Shown here: positions 36,481 through 49,903 of the stretch, piece by piece
Layout: the number at the start of each line of letters is the position of its first letter
How positions within the stretch are numbered: the first letter of the stretch is position 1
Source of the DNA: Octopus sinensis
Lineage: Eukaryota
Direction: 5' to 3'
Assembly (NCBI RefSeq): GCF_006345805.1
Contig: NC_043001.1
Span: 68,262,001 to 68,326,000, forward strand
Length of the DNA stretch: 64,000 nucleotides
Translations under genes and position numbers: made by a program
Notes under the pieces: model-generated
Databases searched by the model: none
What the model saw: only the letters and a program-made list of their open reading frames with translations
Told to the model about the DNA's origin: nothing

Positions 36481-36876
36481 ACCACATTGAAGAGTTTAGC
36501 TAAATAATTCGACCCCAGTACTTATCTCTTGAAAGTCTGGTATGTGTTCTATCATTCGTTTTTGATGAACCGCCTATTATAGGGATATAAACCAACCAAA
36601 CCCGGTTGTCAAACGGTGTTATGAGACAAGCAGAATCACAACACATACACATACAATCACACACACACTCACTCACACACAGGTGGGGCTATAGTTGATA
36701 GATGGGTATAGGAAGGCGAGAAGCAGATATTGAGAGACTAGACATAGAAAAGACAAAGAAAAATGCATATCTATGTATATTTATCTATGTATACATCTGT
36801 ATCTATCAGTCCATCTCCTGCTCGCTCCTACCCTTTCCCTCCCTTTTTATATTTCGGGGCATGCATACATAAATGC

Positions 36877-36944
<68 letters not shown>

Positions 36945-37067
36945 TGCGGATGTGTGCGTGTGTGTGTGTGTGTTGTGAGTGTGTGTGTGTGTGCGTGTAT
37001 GTATATGCATTTATGTATATTAATGTACACATACACATGTATATTATGCAAACCACATTTTCCTGTT

Positions 37068-37117
<50 letters not shown>

Positions 37118-37538
37118 TGTATGTATGTATGTATGTATGCATGTATGTATGTATGCATGTATGTGTGCATGCATGCATGTATGTATTAACATGCACATAT
37201 GCATTGATTACACTGCTATCAACAAGAGATGAAAAGATAGGTCAACTGTACTCTAACGTGTCTGCAACTAAGTTGCTGCTGCACACAGTGGCACACTTAC
37301 ATCCGTGTACTGGCAGTATTGCTGCACTGACGCTGAATTATATTTAAAAAAATAGCCATTATATTCATGCATAAAGTTTAGCTTTACAAGTAGACAGTGT
37401 AATTCAACTGTTGTTAGCTCGCTTACTCTGAGTTACAGTTGTCGTTGGCCTCTCATCAATGGCTTTCAAAACGCCCACCAATTACATCTCTCATCGAACA
37501 TTCATTTGCCTCTCTACCTCTTTTTCCCCTCACCCCCA

Positions 37539-37805
<267 letters not shown>

Positions 37806-37951
37806 GGTAGGTCGGTCCTTCTCTCTCTCTTCTCTCTCACTTTTCTCTCACTTTTCTCTCTCTCCCCCTCTCTCTAGCTAGCTATAATTCTGCATATATG
37901 TTCTATATAATATATATATAATATATAATATATATATATATGTATGTATGT

Positions 37952-37990
<39 letters not shown>

Positions 37991-38344
37991 CATATATATA
38001 TGTGTGTGTGTGCGTGTGTATATATATAATGTATATATCTATATATATATATATATATACTTTTACTAATATATGTGTAGTCAGTCATTGAATTGCGGCC
38101 TTGATAAGGCTCAGCCTTGATGAGTTTAGTCGATCACATTCCTCCGGTACTTATTTTGATGTTTTTTGTCGAACTGCAGTGCCAAAAACAAACTAAATCC
38201 GGTTGCGAGTCGATTTGTTTGACTAAACTTTTCAAGACGTTGCTCCAATGGGTTATACGAAAGAATACACAGACATACACGCTCACTCTATGTCAACACA
38301 GAAAAACAAGGAATGAATTATTAGAAACCAGAAGTGTTTTGCTT

Positions 38345-38755
38345 CTCTTTTACTCACTTTTACTTGTTTCAGTAATTTGACTGTGGCCATGCTGTAGCAC
38401 TGCCTTTAGTCGAGAAAATCGACCTCAGGTCTTATTCTTTGTAAGCCTCGTATTTATTCTATCGGTCTCTTTTGCCGAACCGCTAGGTTACGGGGACGTA
38501 AGCACATCAGCATCGATTGTCAAGCGTTGTTGGGGGGGGGCAAACACAGACACAAACATATACACACACACACAAATATATATATGCATATATACGACGG
38601 GCTTCTTTCAGTATCCTTCTACCAAATCCACTCACAAGGCTTTGGTCGGCCCGAGGCTATAGTAGAAGACACTTGCCCAATGTGCCACGCAGTGGGACTG
38701 AACTCGGAACCATGGAGTTCGTAAGCAAGTTACTTACCCCACAGCCACTCCATTC
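38345..38755 (-). mobile_element. SINE family A, full; a partial copy lies at about 38085-38260
   Basis: Reverse complement of the 32035-type element. Confidence 0.9.
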
Positions 38756-39012
38756 CTTCGAAATATGAATGATTTAAGAAATTAATGAATTATTTCTTCT
38801 CCCTTTACATTGTAAAGAACTCTTCGCATTAAATCTTAATAAGTGTGTGTGCATGTGAGTATGTGTGCGTACATACATACATACATACATAGGTGCTGCT
38901 ATTAAGTTAGACATGGCCTAGGCCAATACTGGCCAAAACCTTTCTAAGTTATTCTAAGTTATATATATATATATGTGTATGTATTATATACATATACACA
39001 CACACATATATA

Positions 39013-39049
<37 letters not shown>

Positions 39050-39068
39050 ACACGTATTATATATGTGT

Positions 39069-39117
<49 letters not shown>

Positions 39118-39331
39118 TTTGGTATCTAGTAGAAAGTCAGCACAGATAAAACTTTAGAAAACAGAAACAGAAGATGGAAGTGATCAATACATTGCCTAAG
39201 GCCGCTTAGGCTGCTACCATATTTCAACATTTAAAGATCCATTTAAAGTCTGCATTTTAGACACGAATTTAACCTGAACGCTGATTGTGTGGGCCTATTA
39301 ACTTACGCCATCATACATCACATTATCTACA

Positions 39332-39370
<39 letters not shown>

Positions 39371-39405
39371 TTCCTCTGTTTCTCTATGTCTTTATATTTA
39401 TATAC

Positions 39406-39435
<30 letters not shown>

Positions 39436-39439
<4 letters not shown>

Positions 39440-39771
39440 TGTTATATTTCGGAATGGTCATATTGCCAGTTTAGCCAATAAAAACACACGCACTATATAT
39501 TTGGTGTTATTTTGCTTCAGTGATATTTATTTTTTAAATTAATCTTAATCTTATTTCGGCCAAAGTTCTTTCGTCACACTCCTGTGACCGCATCAGTGGT
39601 CCTTTGTTTTCTTCTCACTTATTTGTGTCTCTCCTTACTAACCGTCAGCCATTTTGTATTAAGATTAATGTAAAAAATAAATATCACTGAAGCAAAATAA
39701 CACCAAATATATAGTGCGTGTGTTTTTATTGGCTAAACTGGCAATATGACCATTCCGAAATATAACAATAT
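39436..39771. repeat. Inverted repeat, 114-bp arms with 1 mismatch, 108-nt spacer
   Basis: 39436-39549 versus 39658-39771. Confidence 0.95.
39558..39602 (-). ncRNA. Type I minimal hammerhead-like motif (core variant)
   Basis: GGACCA-CTGATGCG-GTCACA-ggag-TGTGAC-GAAA-G-aa-C-TT-TGGCC; the A9 position is C. Confidence 0.5.
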
Positions 39772-39824
39772 CTGTTTCAACACACGACTTCACATAAAAA
39801 ATCTTGCACAACAAATATTTAAAC

Positions 39825-39855
<31 letters not shown>

Positions 39856-40336
39856 GCATATGTATATATTCACACACACGCATATATATGTATGCATATA
39901 TATATACACACATGCACACACCACACACCACTAGGCATACTCCCACGGCCCACACAAGCACATAATACCTGAACACAGACAATATATACACATATACGCA
40001 TACGCAACACGTATAAACATACGCAATACACATAGACAAAAATAACTATCGCCCACAAACATACACTATATACATGCACACTCTTTGGTCACAGACACAC
40101 GCATATGCACATGTGCACGCACCACCTTAACATGCACACATCAACTGCTGCACACAACACCCACACACGTTAGATCCACTCGTCCGAATTCCCACATACA
40201 CACTCACACACACCATCCTCACGTGCACACACTCGCTTGCGCACCTTAGTTCATTGGGGTTACCATTACCGTTATTATTATCTCCTATTAATTCAACTTT
40301 TTTTCTGTCATCTCGCTATGTTGGACCCTTTTTAAA

Positions 40337-40436
40337 NNNNNNNNNNNNNNNNNNNNNNNNNNNNNNNNNNNNNNNNNNNNNNNNNNNNNNNNNNNNNNNN
40401 NNNNNNNNNNNNNNNNNNNNNNNNNNNNNNNNNNNN
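40337..40436. other. Assembly gap (100 N)
   Basis: Exactly 100 N, a typical scaffolding placeholder. Confidence 0.99.
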
Positions 40437-40625
40437 TTGAATATTTGAGACAATAATGTGTCTGCCATACTCTACCAACATGTCAAAGACCAGCATGGAG
40501 GCAATCTGGCTCAACTTAACATCTGCATTTATTATCCAAGCAACCGAAGGACCCAACACTAGACAAATACAGGAGTACGTACTCATAAAGTAACATCCCC
40601 TGCATTAATAGGAAATATAATTAGT
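40437..40625 (+). mobile_element. Penelope-like GIY-YIG C-terminal remnant
   Basis: SAILYQHVKDQHGG...RQIQEYVLIK matches the S.L..H...H...R.I.E...I ending of these endonucleases. Confidence 0.45.
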
Positions 40626-40656
40626 AGGTAGTCATACACCTATACCCACAGTTTAT

Positions 40657-40733
<77 letters not shown>

Positions 40734-41465
40734 TAGAGTTGTTAGTGGGCTGTTATGCAGATGTATGTGTGTGTGCCATGTATGTGTGTATGTTGTATAT
40801 GTATATGTAATACGTATGTGTATACGTATACGTATATGTATATGTCTGCAGGTAAATGGATATGAATGTAAATAGTTACACATATAGACAGATAGGTACA
40901 TAGGTAATATGAACAGACAAGCGCACATACACACATATATACATATGTATATGCATGCGCGCACACACACGCATACATGCATACGCACACATACATGCAT
41001 ACATACGTTCGTACATGCATGCATACATACATATGTATATGCGCATTCACACTCACCCACACACATGCGCACATACAAACAAAAAGAACGCAGCTCAGAT
41101 AACGGACAAAGCCAATGACTATTGAAATGGCTGCAAGAAAAGTTTAGCAAACATAGATATGTAAATGAGTGGAAACTGAACGGTGAGTGTGTTAAATAAT
41201 AAGGCACTAAAAGAAAATGACTCTCCCAGATAAAACCCTTATATATATATATATAGATAAAATGAATATCTATAATATATATATATATATTATATATATA
41301 TAATATATATATGATATATATATATGTGTTGTGTGTGTGTGTGTTGTGTATGTATAAATGTGTGTGTGTATAATACATATATATTTATATATATATATAT
41401 AAACATATACGTATGTAATTTATGTATGTATGTATGTCATGTATGTATGTATGTAGTTCTGTATG

Positions 41466-41501
<36 letters not shown>

Positions 41502-41697
41502 TTGTGTCTGTGGGCATAAGATTTGAATATGTGTGTGTGTGGCTCACACTCATTAACAATGGTGTTGGTTTATTTCCATTTCCATAGTGCAGTAGTTTGA
41601 CAAAAGTGATCTAAAGAATAAGTACCAAACTTGGTCACAGTTGTAAGACTGAAGCTAGCACATGATAAAACATATAAATTGTGTGTGTTTGTGTGTG

Positions 41698-41747
<50 letters not shown>

Positions 41748-42339
41748 TGCTAAGAGAGATAGAGAGCGAGGGTTTATGAGCAAGATTGTTGTGTATACGT
41801 GTGCATATGTGTGTGTATATATGTATTTGTATAGAAGTGTGTGTGTCTTACAATGTCTTTAAGCGTCTTCAATTGTAAATATGTCTTGAAAGTTTGTTTC
41901 AGTTTCTCTCTGTATAACATTGGCGCTCTTCTTGCTCCCTTTGACTTCTCTACCACTCACCACTCAAACTCATACTTCGACCACTCCAACAGCTACGACT
42001 AATGTCTTTCGTCATCTTCACGACTCCTAGCACCAGCGCCAGTAGCAGCAGCACCACCATCCTCAAAAACAAGAGCATCACGATCAACATCACTAATACC
42101 ACATCGCTACTGCCTTTTCTCCCACCTCCGCCCTGCTGCCGCAGTCTATCGTTCGTTCATAAAACATCCTCATTACTTTTTTAACAACAAAAACAACTTT
42201 GAGACCACAACCAATACCATCATCATCACTGATTCTCGTCATCATTCTGTCCCCATCCCCCACTCTGAACAACCAGCATCATTATTACCACCGCTTCAAC
42301 AACAACCATCATAGCTACAACAGACATTTTAACCAATGC

Positions 42340-43200
42340 CGCCGCTTCCGCTTACACGATCACTACTAATACTTGTTCCCTCCATCATCATAACCACCTT
42401 CTGCCGCCGCCTCTGCCACCGCCGCCGCCTCTGCCACCGCCGCCGCCTCTGCCACCGCCGCCGCCTCTGCCACCGCCGCCGCCTCTGCTGCCGCCACCAC
42501 CTCTTCCGCTGCTGCCGCTGCTTCCGCCACCTCGACCGCCACTTCTACCGCCACCTCTACAGCCACCACCGCCGCCGCCGCCGCCTCTGCTTCTGACGCA
42601 GCCTCCGCCGCCTCTGCTTCTGACGCAGCCTCCGCCGCTCTCTCCATCACCGCCACCACCACTTCCACTAATTCACTATACTCCCAGTCATTCACCTCGC
42701 ACCAAAAAATTTTTGTGAGACCATGTGAGAGAAAGCTGCTGTATAACTTGAATTTCCATTGAGCTTGTGAAAACAAACTGTCTTCTTAACAGTTCACTGT
42801 TGCTGGCACATGACGTAATATTGACGTCATCATACCACACTACTTTCACTTTCATATTCACCAGCAGCACCGACTTCCTCATCACCGCCAACACCAGTAC
42901 CATCACTACCACTACTTCAGCAACCACTGCCATTTTACAACTGCCTACACCATTGACACTACCAACATCATCACCACCACTTCTACCATTACCATGAACA
43001 CTGCTACGACGGCCGTCTCCATCACCACCGCCACTACCACTACTACCACTACCGCCACCACAGCCACCAACACCACCACTGCCACCACCACCGCCACCAC
43101 CACCGGCACCACAGCTACTACTACCGACACTACCCCAGACCGAAGACACACAGCACACCTAACACTGCTGCTGCCGCCTCCTTTCACTCCGCGAACGCCG
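42340..43200. repeat. GC-rich low-complexity island with 18-bp and 27-bp tandem units and (ACC)n
   Basis: CGCCGCCGCCTCTGCCAC about 5 times (42400-42495); gccgcctctgcttctgacgcagcctcc twice. Confidence 0.9.
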
Positions 43201-43466
43201 ACCCGACCTGCCAACGCAATCTGTCGTTCTTTCATAAAACACCTCCATTACCTCATTCTACACTTTTTTAAACTTTGATTTCTATTTAAACTCCCACGTC
43301 TTCATACAATTACAACGGCAGCTGCAGTTGCTGTTGCTGCTGCTGTTACTAATACTACTATTATTACTACGGTTTGTGCTGTTGCTGTACTACAAAAGCT
43401 CCTGCTTGATGGGGCCGCTGATAGTAATACCGATACTGCTGGTGCTACTATTTAAATTAAGTTTTC

Positions 43467-43524
<58 letters not shown>

Positions 43525-43525
43525 A

Positions 43526-43591
<66 letters not shown>

Positions 43592-43684
43592 CACACATAC
43601 ACACACACGAACACACATATATGCATATATATATATATATATATACACAAACGCACATACACGCACGCGCACACACACACACAC

Positions 43685-43759
<75 letters not shown>

Positions 43760-43794
43760 AATCTATCTATCTATCTATCTATCTATATATATAT

Positions 43795-43935
43795 TTATCT
43801 CTGTTTCTGAAGAAGACCGTTGCTCGAAATGTTAAAGCATCTTTCTTTCCTTCCTGGGCGTCTGCTAATAGTCTACATGTACCACGTCCTCGCGTTGTTG
43901 TGTTTTTTATTGTTTGTTATTTTTGGGATTTACTA
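43795..43935 (+). mobile_element. Penelope-like terminal fragment with minimal hammerhead-like motif
   Basis: gttt-CTGAAGA-agaccgttgctc-GAAA-tgtta-aagc (43803-43838); homologous to 29505-29700. Confidence 0.55.
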
Positions 43936-43943
43936 TACATATA

Positions 43944-43996
<53 letters not shown>

Positions 43997-44469
43997 ATAT
44001 ATATATATATATATAATATATATATCATACACAGGCGCAAACGCTCAGACAAAAGTGAAACTTTGAATTATCTGCCAAATTTTGATGTTGTAATATGATA
44101 AAATAAAAACACGCACATGATTTGCAATACCCAATATATTCGTAAATTGTAAATTATATAAGATATAATGTTATATATGTATGTATATATGTTTGTTTAT
44201 GTGAGTGTGTGTGAGTGTGTACAAAAGCGAGAGTTTCGTTCATATGCAGACATTGATATACACACTTTCACAAAGGAATTGAGAGGAGATAAATCTAATG
44301 TAACTTCGGACGAAACAATGTGTATACTGTTAATTCACGGTTAATAATAACAACAATAACAACAATAGCTGTAACAACGACAATAACAGCAGCAGCATCA
44401 ACAACGACAACAACAACGCCAATGATATTGATGATGATGAGGATGATGATGATGATAATGATGACGATG

Positions 44470-44531
<62 letters not shown>

Positions 44532-44532
<1 letters not shown>

Positions 44533-45230
44533 AGACAGTACATGGAGTTATCAAAGAAATAGGTATGAAATTTGGATTAGAATAATGTGCCAAAGCAACC
44601 TTGAAAAGAGGAAAACTAGTTAAGCGTAGCAACATCACACTAGATAAAGCCAATGAAATAAGCCATACATACAAATATTTAGGAATCAATGAACTAAATA
44701 CGCTACAACACACGCAGATGAAAGAGAAAATAAAGAAAGAATACTATAGACGAGTTACATCAATAATGAAAACAGAACTCAATGCTAAAAACAAGATAAT
44801 AGGCATTAACACTTTATCCGTCCCAGTTATAAGTTACAACTACATTATCCTTAACTGGACACTAAATGAACTAACCTAAATAGACAGGAAAACAAGAAAA
44901 ATAATGATAGGATCTAGGATGCACCACCCAAAATCCGACATAGAAAGGCTATATATACAACGTATAGAAGGTGGTAGATGCCTTACACAGCTGGAAAACT
45001 ATCATAAAATAGCCACCATAGGACTGCAAAAATAACTACTTCAGAAGCCAGAAAAACTAATACAAATAGCCACAAAACACGAGCAAAACAAAAAACTGTT
45101 TTCAGTATTTAATGAAGCTGACAAATACAAACAAAAATCATACTACCTAACAAATATAAAAAAGAATAAACAACAAAAGCTATAAAACAAATGAAATCCA
45201 AACTAAAACTAGAACAGCAACGGTCCATGG
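44532..45230 (+). mobile_element. R4/Dong LINE post-RT fragment abutting (TAA)n
   Basis: IGMKFGLE*CAKATLKRGK...YKYLGI...IKKEYYRRV..IMKTELNAKNK...DRKTRKIM...HHPKSDIERLY. Confidence 0.85.
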
Positions 45231-45239
45231 GATTGCACC

Positions 45240-45535
45240 AAGAAAGTTCCCTCAATGGCACAAGTCCCGACAAGGTTGTTTGTGGAAGACCAGCAGTCAC
45301 CCATGCATATCATTCTCCACGCTTCATGCGACTGATGTTGTCTAAGGGAAAGGTAAAGGCCAATACAGCTTCGCAGCAGTGACGTCGCAACTCATTTTTA
45401 CAGCTGAGTGAACTGAAACAACATAAAATAGAGTGTTTTTTTCAAGAACACAACAAACAGCCCGGTCCGGGAATCGAACTCATAACCGAACGATTGTAAA
45501 CACGATGCTCTAATCACTAAGCTATGCATCTTCAC
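45240..45535 (-). mobile_element. tRNA-derived SINE family C with CORE/Meta-like central domain
   Basis: Minus-strand head gcatagcttagtgattagagc...gagttcgattcccggaccggg and core ...ttcactcagctgtaaa. Relatives at about 57925-57995 and 59790-60050; a plus-strand head at 46272-46435. Confidence 0.7.
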
Positions 45536-46057
45536 ACATAGATATACAAACACCTATAAAATAACCAATTATCTATACAAATATAATAAAATAGAATTAA
45601 TATGAAGTATATTTACACACCCCTAGCAAACATTTTTCATGTTAGTCCACAAATAAACACTGAAACACATTACATTCTCCTCACATATGTTGAAGAACGA
45701 GAAGACACCTCACTATATAAACAAGCCTTGCTGTTCCCCTTACAACTTGAGTCTCTCAGAAACACTAGAATTTATTTACACATTTCTGATTATATATATT
45801 TTTGTTTAATTCTGTCATTGTGCACTCAATCATCTACCCATAAAATTCTTAAAATAGCAGCTATTGATCACCTACTACATATCTTCACGAAAATGACCAA
45901 TCGAATTTTTAGTTTCATTTCAGTTATGCATCTTCAAACATCATTGGTGTATAATTCCTAACTTCCACCTAACCCACGACTCTTCTACCAATGTATCACC
46001 ACTCCCCCGCTCGATCTACGATTATATAATAACAACGTTTAATAAAAATTGGCATGA

Positions 46058-46117
<60 letters not shown>

Positions 46118-46234
46118 GTGTGTGTGTGTGTGTGTGCGTGTGTGTGGGTGCGTGCGTACGTGTGTGTACACATATATATATATATACAGACAGACACGTA
46201 TATGTAGATGTATGTATGCATGTATGTATGTGTG

Positions 46235-46273
<39 letters not shown>

Positions 46274-46526
46274 TGGCCCGATGGTTAGGACAGCGGACTC
46301 ACGGTCGTAGGATCACCTTTCGATTCCAGACCGGGCGTTGTGAGTGTTTATTCGGTGATGCTCCAGCAGCGGGTGGTGGTGAACCCTGCTGTACTCTTTC
46401 ACCCTTTCTTCCTGTTTCTGTTGTACCTGTATTTTAAAGGGTCAGAACTACTTTAAGGGTACACGTGTCTGTGGAGTGCTCTGCCACTTGCACGTTAATT
46501 TCACGTGTATGTATTATGTATGTATG

Positions 46527-46628
<102 letters not shown>

Positions 46629-46638
46629 TACATATATT

Positions 46639-46804
46639 ATATGAAGGAGAGGTTTTGGTATCCAGAAGACCAAAAGGCAGGTAAGGCTATGTAAGTGCCA
46701 CGGAAGTGCCACTATTAGACTCCCGGTTCGATAATAGATCAACTGGAACCCTCGTCGTCGTAACCGTAAGAGTGCCACTATATATACACACATAATACAC
46801 GAAT

Positions 46805-46857
<53 letters not shown>

Positions 46858-47856
46858 TATTTATATATTTATATATGTACCCTTTAATTCTATACTTGTT
46901 TCGGTCATTAGACTACAGCCATGCTGGGGTACCGCCTTCAAAGGTTAAGTCCAACAATTTAACACCGGTACTTATTTTTTGTCAAGTGCTTATTCTCTGT
47001 ATTTTTTTTGACAAACTGCTAAGCTATGGGGACATAAACAAACCAAAACCAACACCGGTTGTGAAGCGATGGTTGTGGGGCAAGCAAAAGACACAGGCTC
47101 ACACACACATTTACATGACGGATTTCCACACTGTTTCCGTTTACTGAATTCATTCATGTGGCATGAAGCATTGGTCTGTCGGGGGCTATTGCAGAAGACA
47201 CCTGCCCAAGATGCCGTGCAGTCGAACTGAACTCGAAAACACGTAGGTTCAAATGCGAATTTCCTATAACCACACAGTCATGACTGCGCCTAAAATTGAA
47301 TATTAGTATGAATGGGGATCGAACTCACGCGGACAACTGCTTTTTAGACGATGTGAGATAGTTAACTAGAAGGAAATTGTAGAGCTCAATATAAAAAGTT
47401 ATTTTGGAAAAAATATAAGAAGTATAAAAGGAAATATGAGAAAAAAAATAAAAATATATGTTGGATGTTAAAGTTGTTGTTAACATCCGACCTATATTTT
47501 TATTTTTATTCTCATATTTCCCTTTATACTTATATCTCTTCCTTTCCAAAATAACTTCTTATATTGAACTCTGCTATTTCATTTTTTTTAGTTAACTCTC
47601 TCATATCGTCTCTGATGATGGGATATCTTTTATATCCTTGGAACAGCTGTAAGACTTCCTTTCTTTGTATAAATGTCCTAGAAATTTCACACTGCCTTGA
47701 GTTTGTTGTCTCATTTTATTTAACATACACATGCTCACACACGATCCGCGTTAGACTCCTCACTCATACTATTATCGAACCGGGAGTCTAATAGTGGCAC
47801 TTACATAGCCTTACCTGCCTTTTAGGTCTTCTGGATACCAAAACCTCTCATTCATA
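46639..47856. repeat. Inverted repeat, about 90-bp arms (46639-46737, 47769-47856), about 1 kb apart
   Basis: gagaggttttggtatccagaagacc...ctattagactcccggttcgataatag; the left arm has an 11-nt internal duplication; both outer ends run into (TA)n. Confidence 0.9.
46885..47290 (-). mobile_element. SINE family A, degenerate
   Basis: Homologous to 38345-38755. Confidence 0.8.
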
Positions 47857-47963
47857 TATATATATGTATGTATACATATATATGTATATACATATACATA
47901 CATACATAATACATACATACCCATACATACCACACACACACACACATATATGATATATATTAT

Positions 47964-48015
<52 letters not shown>

Positions 48016-48704
48016 GGGTACAGGACGTCACAAAACGTAAACAACATGAAATACGAAATACAAAATGTAACCATTTTATGCGAACGGCAGAAAACCAAAT
48101 GGAAACAAGGCAAGTAACATAAAGAACGACCCTTCATCAGCTGTCGGCTGTTTAACTACTCCACATTTCGAGCAATTCACTACAATATGTGCCTTAGAGA
48201 AAACAGTTGCTCCTGCAAACCAAAATAAAATTTGGGATTTTCGGAGGGTCAAAGTTAGTGACAAAAACAGGACAGTAAAAATAAAAAGTGAGGGCTGCTA
48301 AGTCAGACGAGTTAAAGTGGCGGACGCTGGAGGAATACTCTTTGACAGGAGAAAAGATAGGAGAGGAGACAGACAAGTATGTGTGTAGTCTGTGCGACAG
48401 ACCGAAAGAAAAGAAAGATGAACACGTGAGGAAAAGAAAGATGCATGATGGTCACGTGTGAGCAACGAGAGAGTAAAGGAGGAAGAGGGAGAGTGGGAAA
48501 GAGAGAATGACGAATAGAAAACGGTGAAGGGGAGAAAAAAGAATTAGAGAAACGATGAGAGAGAGGAAAAACGGAAGGGAGAAAAAGAAGAATTAGAGAA
48601 AGGAAGAAAGAGAAAACAAAGAAGGAGAGAGAAGGAGAGAGAGAGGGGAGAGGGAGAGAGAAGAGAGAGAGAGAGGGGGAGAGGGAGAGAGAGAAGAGGA
48701 GAGG

Positions 48705-48744
<40 letters not shown>

Positions 48745-48765
48745 AGTACAGGGCAGATTCGCATC
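48016..48765 (-). mobile_element. Non-autonomous retroelement-like repeat with GA-rich segment (Penelope-derived?)
   Basis: Homologous along its length to 62020-62635; its 3' end ...tgtgacgtcctgtaccc runs into (TA)n. Confidence 0.55.
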
Positions 48766-48929
48766 AAAGTTATTAAGATAAACTTACTTGAAAATTAATG
48801 CGTGGCGTTCAATCATGTAATAATATAAATAAAAAAATATATATAGACATATATACATATATGTACATACTGACATATACATGTTATATATATATATATA
48901 TGCATAAATAGGTACAGGATGTCATAAAA

Positions 48930-48994
<65 letters not shown>

Positions 48995-49903
48995 TTATAT
49001 GTAATTGATTTGAACCAAATGATGGTCAATCCCTCATATTTCTACGTATGAATTTTTGAAGGATAGGATTAAAGAAAAATTTTTACAAAAGCGAACCAAA
49101 TAACGACAATTTCAATAATGAACTTAATATCAAGTAAGGACATATTAGATTAAAATATATTTACTATAACGGAAAAAAGACTGGTTGCTTATTCGGGTTT
49201 CTAGTCACAAGTTGTGAAGGTAATTACTTTAAAAATTCGCCAGATGAAACAGGAGAAATCATAGCAATCATTTACTGTATTTTTATATTATTTCACCTTT
49301 CGTGCTCATTCTCCTTTCCTGCTTCCTGCTGTTTGTAGAATAGTTCAATTTTGTAACTTCTTTTTAGATAGGAGGAAAAAGAAATTAATATGAAAGAGAC
49401 ACAACATTAGAGGGTTTAGTTGGATAACTCGCTTCCAGTATTTATTTTTTAAAGTCAGTTACTTATTCAGTCGGCCACTTTTGCCGAACCACTAAGTTAC
49501 AGGGACGTAAACGAACCAACATCAGTTATCAACTGGTGGTGGTGGTGGGGGCAAACACATACTCATAGACACAGGCACATATATGTGTATATACATGCCT
49601 GTGTGTGTGTGTGTATAGATACACACATATATATATAAACACATACACACACACATATATGCATTATGCATACCTCTTTTACTCTTTTATTTGTTTAAGT
49701 CATTTGATTGTGGCCATGCTGGAACACCGCCTTTAGTCGAGTAAATCGACCCCAGGACTTATTCTTTGTAAGCCAAGTACATATTCTATCGGTCTCTTTT
49801 GCCGAACCGCTACGTTACGGGAACGTAAGCACACCAGCATCGGTTGTCAAGCGATGTTGGGGGAACGAACACAGACACTCAAACGTATACACCCGTACAT
49901 ATA

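Noticed and set aside
40200-40640. Continuity of sequence across the N gap
   Set aside because: The gap is a 100-N placeholder of unknown true size, so no cross-gap structure was inferred
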